Source: Deinococcales bacterium (lineage in GTDB: Bacteria > Deinococcota > Deinococci > Deinococcales > JAAFIG01). Taken from it: 28,815 bases of DNA. Both the position numbers and the translations under genes were made by a program. Positions 1-7,195 of the stretch are shown here, piece after piece. Each line of letters starts with the position of its first letter. The first letter of the stretch is position 1. The stretch lies in NCBI GenBank assembly GCA_031414595.1, contig JANNVX010000042.1:1-28815 (forward strand), in the 5' to 3' direction. The notes below the pieces were generated by a model. The model did no database searches and was not told the origin of the DNA. It was given only the letters and a program-made list of their open reading frames with translations.

Positions 1-111
1 CCATATCACTTGGCGACGAGTTTTTTCTTTGGCATCTTTGCACTGTTTGTAGTGTTTCTCGAGTTCTTCAGTCGTATGGTGGGCGGTTAGAGGTGTGCCT
101 AATCTTGACAT
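1..111 (-). mobile_element. 5' end of an IS630-like transposase gene (runs off the window start)
   Basis: Manual translation from ATG at 111: MSRLGTPLTAHHTTEELEKHYKQCKDAKEKTRRQVIW. This resembles the N-terminus ('ELE..Y..C.D..E..RWQ.IW') of IS630-family HTH transposases. AAGGA lies immediately upstream. Not in the ORF track. Confidence 0.6.
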
Positions 112-355
112 TCCTTATTATCTACCTAAAGTTGGTATTAAATCGTTTTGTCTGCGTTTTGTCTGCGCGAAATACAAATCTTTGGTCAGAATAACCCCTT
201 CGTTCCGCTTCGAGGGGTCAAACATAAGTTTCTCGGTAAACATGTACCGAATGCCCGAGTCTCGAGGCTGCCACGTATTTTTAATCGGGCTACGCGCATG
301 GGCTTTGGTTTCCAGTGCTAGAGCTTCCGAAAGAATGCCATATCATCGTTGTCAT

Positions 356-505
356 AGGACAGACACAGGGGTGTCTTGACCATAAACGCGCACCTTCTTG
401 CTCATAAAACGCGGGCTATTCGCGCTGACGGGCATGGTTGCCTATCCCTACAAAAAGGGCATAACAATGTATTTTGTAGGGGCAAACCCCCTGTGTTCGC
501 CCTGC
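356..505. repeat. GTAG-type REP doublet (REPIN-like); left REP interrupted by nested 39-bp elements
   Basis: Right REP is GTAGGGGCAAACCCCCTGTGTTCGCCCTGC (476-505). The inverted left REP is AGGACAGACACAGGGGT(356-372)...ATCCCTAC(444-451) and matches the intact copy at 28734-28762 once about 70 bp are removed. Confidence 0.8.
374..443 (+). mobile_element. 39-bp mini-element (374-395 + 427-443) containing a nested 31-bp internally deleted copy (396-426)
   Basis: TCTTGACCATAAACGCGCACCT [TCTTGCTCATAAAACGCGGGCTATTCGCGCT] GACGGGCATGGTTGCCT. The outer halves total 39 nt and align without gaps to the copies at 2723-2761 and 3418-3456. Confidence 0.75.
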
Positions 506-559
506 TTTTCTGGTTTGTTATTCAATGGTTTGCCTAAGAATCTGGACTTTTCGGAGGCT

Positions 560-660
560 CTATGTGATGATAAACCTCGTACTGGACTTAAGTATTACGG
601 GTTAAGATGGGGTGTGGAAACGTTTTTTGGGAACACAAAAACCCGTGGATTTAACCTTTG
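560..660 (+). pseudogene. IS4-family transposase remnant
   Basis: The frame of ORF 398-745 contains KYYGLRWGVETFFGNTKTRGFNL, matching the IS4 Y-x2-R-W-x2-E-x6-K (YREK) motif followed by RGFNL. The rest of that ORF crosses REP DNA and the antisense of the hydrolase gene. Boundaries are approximate. Confidence 0.65.
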
Positions 661-664
661 CCTC

Positions 665-2119
665 CTAGCGGCTAAACTCGAGTATCCATTGCATACTTGG
701 GTTGGCTCGAGCCGACAAGACATCCAAATGGGTCATGCCGGGTAAGTCGCGCACGGTTATTTTTTGCTGCATTTTCTGCTCGAGACTCTGGTAGGCATCG
801 GCAGCCGTGACGATGCCTCGTCCGCCACGAATGGCTAAAACTGGGATTTTAGTGCTGCCAATATGCTGAACACGCAGGGTGTCTTTTGCCCAGGCTGGGG
901 CTTGTAGTCCAACCGCCCCAATGTCCAGACTTAAACGGGCTGGAAAGTACCATTCTTGAAAATCGGCTTGTGGTGTGTAAAAACGGGTTGCAAAGTCTAT
1001 TGGGTCAGTTAATTCGGCGCTGTCGGTCTGGCTTGGAATATCCCAATCCACGCGGTTTGCTCCGTCTGCTACGCCAACCACATCAAGGGCAAATCCGCCA
1101 ACAAACCACGACAGCACATTGATTGAAACCTTGGCATTTTTGACCCGTCCAGCACTGATTGCAAAAGCACTGACTAAGGCGTGTTGGTCATCGCCTGAAA
1201 TCATACCAGCCGCCAAGTTACTGGCAGGATAAGGCACAATTCCGCCGGGGCTATCGCCATTGGGGTCAAAACGCGCCAATAACGCTGCCGAGCTTAATTT
1301 AGAAAGCCCAGAAGGGTCAAACCCAAAAGCACTAAAATACGGGATGTCCGAACCATTCTCGAGTCCAATTTGTCCAGCCCCACGAATCCCAAAAGGACCT
1401 GTTACCCCAGCTTGATAATCGGCTTGGCTACTGCCATTCTCGCCACTGGTGCGCCCCGCTACACCATCGAGTAGAATTAGGGCATTAATATCTTGATGTC
1501 CGGGTGTACCGGCAAAATCCCAACCAGCATACAAAGACACCATCACTGCCCCAAGGCTATGCCCGCCGAGTAAGACTTTATTGCCGTAGCTTCGCGCCAT
1601 TAAAACAACCCGTCTTAAATCCTCGAGATGAACTTGCAAACCCCAAAAAGCCATGAATTTGAGGTCTTTAGGGTTTACTGGCTTAAAACCATTGGTTTTT
1701 CCTGCATCGCGGATATGGTACTGCCACGCCAGCCTCGGATTACTTTTGGCAAGGGCTTCTTGCAAAACTTGGTGTTCCTCGAGTTGATTACTGCGGCGGT
1801 CTACTGCCCAGACTTCTAGACTTGGGTCTTTGGCGACCATACTCCGCGCCAGACGATCAAAATTGGCTGCTCCACCCAGAAAGCCCGGCATCAAGACCAC
1901 CACGGCTCGAGCTTTGGTGGTCTTAGGCAAGCTGTAACGCACAAAAAAAGCCTTATCGAGTTCGTTGGGTGTGTTCGGTTCATCAAAACCCGCAATACTG
2001 ACCCGTTCGGCATTGACCAATTCAAGGCTTTTTGGATTTGGGATTTCTGCGGCTAAAGGCTGTGTGGCTGGAGCGCAGGCGGCTAAGCAGAGCAGCGCAA
2101 CAAACAAGAAGGATTTCAT
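665..2119 (-). CDS. Alpha/beta-hydrolase fold lipoprotein
   Basis: Lipobox LAAC after MKSFLFVALLC; oxyanion-like PGFLGG; nucleophile elbow GHSLG; C-terminal THLD. Start moved to ATG 2119 because TAGACT lies 7 nt upstream (leaderless). Confidence 0.85.
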   Translation of the reverse strand: MKSFLFVALLCLAACAPATQPLAAEIPNPKSLELVNAERVSIAGFDEPNTPNELDKAFFVRYSLPKTTKARAVVVLMPGFLGGAANFDRLARSMVAKDPSLEVWAVDRRSNQLEEHQVLQEALAKSNPRLAWQYHIRDAGKTNGFKPVNPKDLKFMAFWGLQVHLEDLRRVVLMARSYGNKVLLGGHSLGAVMVSLYAGWDFAGTPGHQDINALILLDGVAGRTSGENGSSQADYQAGVTGPFGIRGAGQIGLENGSDIPYFSAFGFDPSGLSKLSSAALLARFDPNGDSPGGIVPYPASNLAAGMISGDDQHALVSAFAISAGRVKNAKVSINVLSWFVGGFALDVVGVADGANRVDWDIPSQTDSAELTDPIDFATRFYTPQADFQEWYFPARLSLDIGAVGLQAPAWAKDTLRVQHIGSTKIPVLAIRGGRGIVTAADAYQSLEQKMQQKITVRDLPGMTHLDVLSARANPSMQWILEFSR

Positions 2120-2262
2120 AGTCTCGAGTCTACGGGTTTTGTAGCGCGGCAATTTAAGAGTGGGTCACATAAGATAATTGCGGTTTGGGATTTATCAATC
2201 AAAGGTAGCTTCTCGAGGTCTCAAGATATTTAGGATTTGCCCGAAAATAAAATCCGTGAATT

Positions 2263-2320
2263 GCAGGGCGATGACAAGGTTCGCCCTGCAAAAAAACATT
2301 GTCCTGTAGGGGCGAACCTT
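2263..2320. repeat. REP doublet; second REP truncated at the IS110/39-mer insertion
   Basis: GCAGGGCGATGACAAGGTTCGCCCTGCA (2263-2290), then the inverted GTAGGGGCGAACCTT (2306-2320). Same family as 476-505 and 28785-28813. Confidence 0.75.
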
Positions 2321-2345
2321 GCGACCCACGCCCGAAGCAGCCGTG

Positions 2346-3351
2346 TTAAAAGTCAAGCCCCACCCCCACTTTTGCTACCATCATGTCAACCCACGGAGTA
2401 CGGTCACGCATAATAGTATGCAAGACAGCTAATAATTTACGCATACAAGCCACCAAAGCCACCTTCCTAGCCTTCCCTGCCGCTACCAGTCGTTTATAAC
2501 GACTTTTATGGCAGGGTTGTGCTTAACGGCAGTCTGAGCCGCCATATACAGCACAGCGCGAACTTCACCACGACCACCACGAATTAATCGTGAGCCACGA
2601 TGACCACCACTGTCATGATTCATTGGTGCAACCCCAACTAAAGCGCTTAAACTCGAGTGAGAAGCACTACTTAATTCAGGTAAACTCAAGAGTAATGTCG
2701 CCGACACGACTGGTCCGACACCAGCGCGAACAGCCCGATAGGTGCTGTCTTGTGAGCAAGAAGGAACGCCTTGCAGCAGAGCATCTAAGGCTTTAAATTC
2801 CGTGTCAGAGCGAATTAAGGTTCGCATCTGACCGTCAACATCAGCAATTTCCTGCTCGAGAAAATCAATCACACTTTGAATACTGGCTTGAGTGGCAGCA
2901 TCAGTGGTGCTTCCAAGGCGATTTCGTTCCATTTTTATCATCTCGAGGAGTTGTCTGCGACGCGATACAATACTTTCCAAAGCTCTTTTTTGTTGACTGG
3001 CTGGTATCGTGATTTCAGGTCGTATTCGAGATGCAAATTCAGCGAGGATAACAGCATCTATCACATCGGTTTTAGCTAGTTTCCCATTGCTTTGGCAAAA
3101 TCTCGTACTTGCCTTGGATTGACTACTGCAATCGGTAAGTTTGCTTCGCTGCACGCTAAGAATACAGGTTGCTCGAATCCTCCTGTTGACTCACAAGTCA
3201 TTAACGTTGGTTTTTGTTTCTTGATGTATTTTACGAATTGTTTGATACCCTTGGGCGTGTTCTCAAAAGCTAAAACTTCAGCATTGGGTAGAATCACGAC
3301 ATCAAGTCTAGGTTTACAAACGTCAATTCCAACGAATACTTCCTGTGCCAT
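2346..3351 (-). pseudogene. IS110 DEDD recombinase/transposase with two -1 frameshifts and a 13-codon insertion
   Basis: Motifs VGIDVCK, CESTGG, VNPRQVRDF, KTDVIDA, GVGP, DSG and LYMAA. Frameshifts at about 3080 (AMG/KLAKTD) and about 2498; the latter continues YKRLVAAGKARKVALVACMRKLL...GLDF to a stop at 2346. Insert SCSQDSTYRAVRA splits the conserved VPGVGP. Confidence 0.92.
2723..2761 (-). mobile_element. 39-bp mini-element inserted in frame in the transposase
   Basis: GTTC-CT-[TCTTGCTCACAAGACAGCACCTATCGGGCTGTTCGCGCT]-GGTGTC. Removing it restores the codons for V-P-G-V-G-P. Confidence 0.85.
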
Positions 3352-3379
3352 ACGAACTCCTTGAGTAGTGCAGCTTCAA

Positions 3380-3555
3380 TATCGTCCTTCCTTGCAAAGC
3401 GAACTCGAGGTTCAGGCAGCGCGAGTAGCCCGCAAGGTGCTATCTTACGAGCAAGAAGCCGTTCGGACTCGGTTGAAGCGAAGTTCAGCACAACGACCTT
3501 GCTTCGGGACGATCTCAAGGATCAGGGTGCGTGTGGGTCTATTGTGCTGACTCCT
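3380..3555 (-). ncRNA. Predicted IS110 bridge RNA (target-binding loop 3485-3550; donor-binding loop 3384-3468, interrupted)
   Basis: Two stem-internal loop-hairpin modules. Loop segments CACGCACC/CCCGAAG match the element flanks, and ACGGCTGC/TTGCAAG match the element ends. RNA ends are estimated from the -10 box at 3567-3562. Confidence 0.75.
3418..3456 (-). mobile_element. 39-bp mini-element inserted in the bridge RNA left donor guide
   Basis: ACGG-CT-[TCTTGCTCGTAAGATAGCACCTTGCGGGCTACTCGCGCT]-GCCTG. Ungapped homologue of 2723-2761. Confidence 0.85.
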
Positions 3556-3561
3556 ATTATT

Positions 3562-3590
3562 AACTTACAAGGTGCTGTAGTTGTGGTCAA
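3562..3590 (-). promoter_or_regulatory. Hybrid sigma70-type promoter across the IS110 left junction
   Basis: TTGACC (3590-3585, in the flank), 17 bp, then TAAGTT (3567-3562, in the element). The right-end TTGACT (2356-2351) gives the same 17-bp spacing in the circular form. Confidence 0.55.
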
Positions 3591-3626
3591 GAAGGGTCAA
3601 GAAGGTGCTGTCTTATGAGCAAGAAG
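3570..3626 (-). repeat. Stack of nested left halves of the 39-bp element
   Basis: CT-[TCTTGCTCATAAGACAGCACCT 3624-3603]-[TCTTGACCCT 3602-3593]-[TCTTGACCACAACTACAGCACCT 3592-3570]-IS110. The right half of the last copy (TCGGGCGTGGGTCGC) lies at 2335-2321. Confidence 0.75.
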
Positions 3627-3675
3627 AAGGAAGATACCCGTTTTGCCCTTTTGCCCTTTGCCCTTCGCCTGCTCT

Positions 3676-4167
3676 TCACTCGAGTTCGTCCACTGCATGA
3701 ATCCACGCGGCATCAGCATCATCTTGTGGTTTGTGGTGTCGTTCAATAATTTCAGCCACTCGAGCATCACCCTTTGCGCTGCGAATCAGCATTGCGCCGA
3801 ATTGTGGATGCAATGCCCGCACTTCAAGGGCAGTAAGCGGCGTTTTTTTTCGCATTGCCGTATCAAAATCAAGTTCTGGAATGGTTTGTAAGCCAGCCCA
3901 AACCCGTTCGCGCCAACGGTAAGCTCGTACCTGTTTACCACAATCATGAAGCAGGGCAGCGCAAATCAGGATTTTTGAGGCATCTGGTTTGAGTAAAAGT
4001 AAACGCTGCGCCACTCGCACCCCATGTTCTCGGTCTCGAGCATCCATGTTGCTATACACACGGTACTCGGACTCAGGTAGATATGTGGCTGCCCAAGCAT
4101 CGTCGGGCTTAGCAAACTCTGGGCGCATGGCACGAATTAAACGATTGATTCGCAAAAAGAAATTCAT
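3676..4167 (-). CDS. HD-domain metal-dependent phosphohydrolase
   Basis: Motifs REH, ALLHDCGK, HP..GA, IERHH and terminal D. Begins 2 bp after the stop of the upstream gene. Confidence 0.85.
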   Translation of the reverse strand: MNFFLRINRLIRAMRPEFAKPDDAWAATYLPESEYRVYSNMDARDREHGVRVAQRLLLLKPDASKILICAALLHDCGKQVRAYRWRERVWAGLQTIPELDFDTAMRKKTPLTALEVRALHPQFGAMLIRSAKGDARVAEIIERHHKPQDDADAAWIHAVDELE

Positions 4168-4169
4168 GT

Positions 4170-4658
4170 TTAACGAAAATTAAACCCCAAACCCACCGTT
4201 AGCCCAAAAGTACCACCATTTAAGGCTGGAATAAAACTAGGCAGTAACTCGAGGAAAAAACGCCCTCCAAAACCAGTGATATTGCTCTGGTAGCCAATTA
4301 ACCCTCGAAACTCGGCTAAAGCCTGCCCTGCTTGCAACCCTGCGATATTGGCAAAAGAACCAATGATACCCACACCTGCCCCAAGGTAAGCACTCGAGCC
4401 ACCCTGAATTGGCAGCACATAATAGGCATCCAAAGCCAAGCGGTAGGTCACAATCAGGGTGCTGGCACTGGCTCGAAAACCAAAACTGGCATCAGGGAAA
4501 TCCACCCCGAACTGCACCCCAAACTGAGGCAATGCCCAAGCACTGGTGTTACCGCCCGAAAAAGGAAACAGCAATTCGCCGCGCACCCCAAAATACTCTT
4601 CGGCTCGAGCCGAGTTCAGCATAAAAATACCCAATACAATCAATAAGAATCTTTTCAT
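4170..4658 (-). CDS. Exported hypothetical protein, probable small outer-membrane beta-barrel
   Basis: Signal peptide ending ARA; alternating Gly/aromatic strands (YLGAGVG; C-terminal LTVGLGFNFR). Confidence 0.7.
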   Translation of the reverse strand: MKRFLLIVLGIFMLNSARAEEYFGVRGELLFPFSGGNTSAWALPQFGVQFGVDFPDASFGFRASASTLIVTYRLALDAYYVLPIQGGSSAYLGAGVGIIGSFANIAGLQAGQALAEFRGLIGYQSNITGFGGRFFLELLPSFIPALNGGTFGLTVGLGFNFR

Positions 4659-4683
4659 CACGTTTTATATTACAATATACCCA

Positions 4684-5040
4684 ATGAAAGCCTTGCAATA
4701 CCTTCAAGTCGCGCTGTTAATCCTCGGCAGTATTTACTTAGCGGTGGTTCACTTAAACAACGCTAGTGTCTTTGTGACCTTAGAAACGTGGCTCTTAGGA
4801 CGATTCTCGAGTCCAGTCAGCTTGGTGATTTTACTGAGTTTCTTGGTGGGGTTACTGTACGGTTTACTTTTAACCATGCCCAGCATTGTGCGCCGCTCGA
4901 CCCAAATGCGGCGGATGAACAAACGCATCCGAGAACTCGAGAATGCCTTAGCCAAGCAAAAACCCCTGCAATCCGAAACCCCAAGAATCCCAGACCGCGC
5001 CGAAACCCTCGCTGCCCTGCGTTCCGAAGGAAAGATGTAA
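4684..5040 (+). CDS. LapA/DUF1049-like membrane protein
   Basis: Two TM segments with N..V.L between them, then P.SLVILLSFLVG and a coiled coil (RRMNKRIRELE). Start at ATG 4684, 7 nt after TACAAT. Confidence 0.75.
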   Translation: MKALQYLQVALLILGSIYLAVVHLNNASVFVTLETWLLGRFSSPVSLVILLSFLVGLLYGLLLTMPSIVRRSTQMRRMNKRIRELENALAKQKPLQSETPRIPDRAETLAALRSEGKM

Positions 5041-5042
5041 AA

Positions 5043-5083
5043 CAAAAAAAGGAAAACAGCGCCTTGCCATTTTCCTCTTTTTT
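5043..5083. terminator. Probable bidirectional intrinsic terminator
   Basis: AGGAAAA...TTTTCCT stem flanked by A and T runs, between convergent genes. Confidence 0.5.
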
Positions 5084-5085
5084 CT

Positions 5086-5436
5086 TTAGCTGACTGGTGT
5101 CAACGCTAAGTTATCAGATTCGCCAGTGCGGATTCGCACCACCCGCTCGAGTGGTTGAACAAAGATTTTTCCGTCACCGACTGCGCCTGAACGGGCGCTG
5201 CGGACAATTGCTTGGACAGTGCGTTCCACAAATGGCTCTGAAACCGCAATCTCGAGACGGACTTTTTCGTGGAATTCAAAGACAAGCGGGCGACCTCGGT
5301 ACGTTTCCAAGTGTTCTTTTTCGCCACCATGACCAGAGACTCGGGAAATGGTTAAGCCGGTGACTTCTTCTTTGAATAACTCGGTTTTGACATCTTCGAG
5401 TTTTTCGGGGCGGATAATAGCAACAATTAATTTCAT
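5086..5436 (-). CDS. glnK: Nitrogen regulatory protein P-II
   Basis: MKLIVAIIRPEKL, YRG, GDGKIFV, RIRTGE. AGGAGG RBS. Adjacent to amt. Confidence 0.95.
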   Translation of the reverse strand: MKLIVAIIRPEKLEDVKTELFKEEVTGLTISRVSGHGGEKEHLETYRGRPLVFEFHEKVRLEIAVSEPFVERTVQAIVRSARSGAVGDGKIFVQPLERVVRIRTGESDNLALTPVS

Positions 5437-5677
5437 GGACTTCCTCCTAGGGATTGTTTGGTGTGGTTCACAGTGTACAGCTTAAACTCGTCAGAGTGTA
5501 CCGCCTAAACTCAGGTTTTTGCTGGGCAAATTCGGCTGTGCAGAGTGTACAATTTTTTTGCTGCAATGTGTACGATTTTATATATACATTTGACCAATAA
5601 TTACAAAACAGTATTTCGTTTTTTAGTCTAATTTGTATAATTGTTTCAAATTTTTTGGTCAATCGAACATATTTAGC

Positions 5678-5707
5678 TTGACAGTTTGCTTTAGACTTGT
5701 TTATACT
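5678..5707 (+). promoter_or_regulatory. sigma70-type promoter for amtB
   Basis: TTGACA (5678-5683), 18 bp, TATACT (5702-5707). Confidence 0.7.
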
Positions 5708-5750
5708 CCCGCCATTAAGTCGCGCTTGGGCGCACGAAGGGGGCATTAAG

Positions 5751-7181
5751 ATGAGAAATTGGAAACTGGTATCGCCGATGTGGAAATTCGTAGTACCGAT
5801 GCTGTTGGGATTCTCGAGTTTGGCACTTGGGCAAGATGAAAAATGGGCAGCCGACACAGGCGACACCGCTTGGATGTTGGTTTCAACTGCTTTGGTGATG
5901 CTGATGACTCCGGGCTTGGCTTTCTTTTATGGTGGTTTGGTACGTTCCAAAAATTCTTTGAACACCATGATGATGTCCTACATTGCCTTGGGAGTGGTTA
6001 CAATTCTTTGGGTGACAATTGGATTTAGCTTGGCGTTTACCAATGATAAAGACCCAAATTGGATTCCTGGGCTTTTAGGCAGCTTAAAATATGCCTTCTT
6101 AAATGGAATAGATGGAACTGCGCCGTACTTACCCGCCGCCCCAACCATTCCAAATAGCCTATTTATGATTTTCCAAATGATGTTTGCGATTATTACCCCT
6201 GCTTTAATCAGTGGTGCAATTATCGAACGAATGAAATTCAAAACCTACTTGGTATTTATTGCCTTGTGGTTACTGGTGGTCTATGTGCCAGTTTGCCACG
6301 CGGTTTGGTCAGCCGATGGTTTTTTATTTAAGATGGGCGCACTCGATTTTGCTGGTGGCACTGTGGTTCATATCACGGCTGGTGTATCGGCGTTGGTTGC
6401 CGCGATTATCCTCGGACCAAGACGCGGTTTTGGACGGGTTGCCATGGCACCGCATAATGTTCCGTTTGTGCTGCTTGGGGCTGGATTACTGTGGTTTGGC
6501 TGGTTCGGCTTTAACGGCGGAAGTGCTGTAGCCGCAGGTGGAAGTCTTGCCAGTAGCGCTTTTATTGCCACCCACGTTGCAGCCGCAACTGCCATGGTGA
6601 TGTGGAGCTTACTCGAGATGTTCAAAACGGGGCATATTAGTGCTGTTGGTGCAGCTACAGGAGCAGTGGTTGGTTTGGTTGCGATTACTCCTGCTTCTGG
6701 GTATGTTGGACCAATGGCAAGTATCGCGATTGGCGCAATTGCGGCGGCTGTTTCGTTTGGCGCAATTCAAATTAAGAACCGCTTAAATTTAGATGATTCA
6801 CTCGATGTTTTTGCTTGTCACGGTATTGGTGGAATTACTGGGGCATTATTAACAGGTGTTTTTGCTTCCAAAGCGGTAAATCCAGCCATTACAGGTGGTT
6901 TACTCGAGGGCAATGCAGGGCAAATCTGGACTCAATTTTTGGGTGTGGCATTTGCTGTGGTAGCCGCTGCCATTGGCACAGCCGTACTGATGTATGCCCT
7001 GAAAGCGATGATGGGCTTACGACCAGACAGCCGTGACGAAGAACAAGGACTTGACCTTGCCGACCACGGCGAATCGGGCTACCACGGTGGCGAGTACGGC
7101 GTGACCCCCGGTGCAAGACCCATCGGCTCGAGTGTCACACTGAGCGTCCCAGTGGGTTCAAAAGCCGTAGCTGGCAACTAA
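5751..7181 (+). CDS. amtB: Ammonium transporter
   Basis: MTPGLAFFYGG, FQMMFAIIT, ER, DFAGGTVVH, WFGWFGFNGGS, DDSLDVFACHG. AAGGGGG RBS precedes ATG 5751. Confidence 0.96.
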   Translation: MRNWKLVSPMWKFVVPMLLGFSSLALGQDEKWAADTGDTAWMLVSTALVMLMTPGLAFFYGGLVRSKNSLNTMMMSYIALGVVTILWVTIGFSLAFTNDKDPNWIPGLLGSLKYAFLNGIDGTAPYLPAAPTIPNSLFMIFQMMFAIITPALISGAIIERMKFKTYLVFIALWLLVVYVPVCHAVWSADGFLFKMGALDFAGGTVVHITAGVSALVAAIILGPRRGFGRVAMAPHNVPFVLLGAGLLWFGWFGFNGGSAVAAGGSLASSAFIATHVAAATAMVMWSLLEMFKTGHISAVGAATGAVVGLVAITPASGYVGPMASIAIGAIAAAVSFGAIQIKNRLNLDDSLDVFACHGIGGITGALLTGVFASKAVNPAITGGLLEGNAGQIWTQFLGVAFAVVAAAIGTAVLMYALKAMMGLRPDSRDEEQGLDLADHGESGYHGGEYGVTPGARPIGSSVTLSVPVGSKAVAGN

Positions 7182-7195
7182 AAAAAACTTAAGCC

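Larger units (their letters stand above)
2336..3571 (-). mobile_element. IS110-family element (long non-coding left end, short right end), CT core at both junctions
   Basis: Minus-strand left junction is ACAGCAC-CT-TGTAAG (core 3571-3570). Right junction is CTTGACTTTTAACACGGCTG-CT-TCGGGC (core 2337-2336). No terminal inverted repeats, as expected for this IS110 group. Confidence 0.85.

Noticed and set aside
144-167. 11-bp tandem duplication CGTTTTGTCTG
   Set aside because: Isolated slippage-type duplication with no evident function.
284-300. ATCGGGCTACGCGC resembling the right half of the 39-mer
   Set aside because: No left half and no CT junction; too degenerate to call.
95-379. 94-aa ORF
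   Set aside because: No RBS or recognisable motif; overlaps the IS630 start on the other strand and a REP.
398-745. 115-aa ORF as a real gene
   Set aside because: Chimeric frame crossing a 39-mer, a REP, an IS4 scrap and the antisense end of the hydrolase gene.
3294-3618. Small ORFs over the IS110 left end
   Set aside because: They overlap the predicted bridge RNA and inserted repeats, with no coding signals.
3418-3626. AAGGTGCT...GAGCAAGAAG repeats as a mini-CRISPR or a long target-site duplication
   Set aside because: Spacing is irregular and orientation is mixed across the window; better explained as nested 39-bp insertions.
3641-3668. Short TTTGCCC tandem repeats
   Set aside because: Three to four imperfect low-complexity units with no further support.
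5468-5866. 132-aa antisense ORF over the glnK-amtB intergenic region
   Set aside because: Overlaps the amtB start and promoter; no homology cues.
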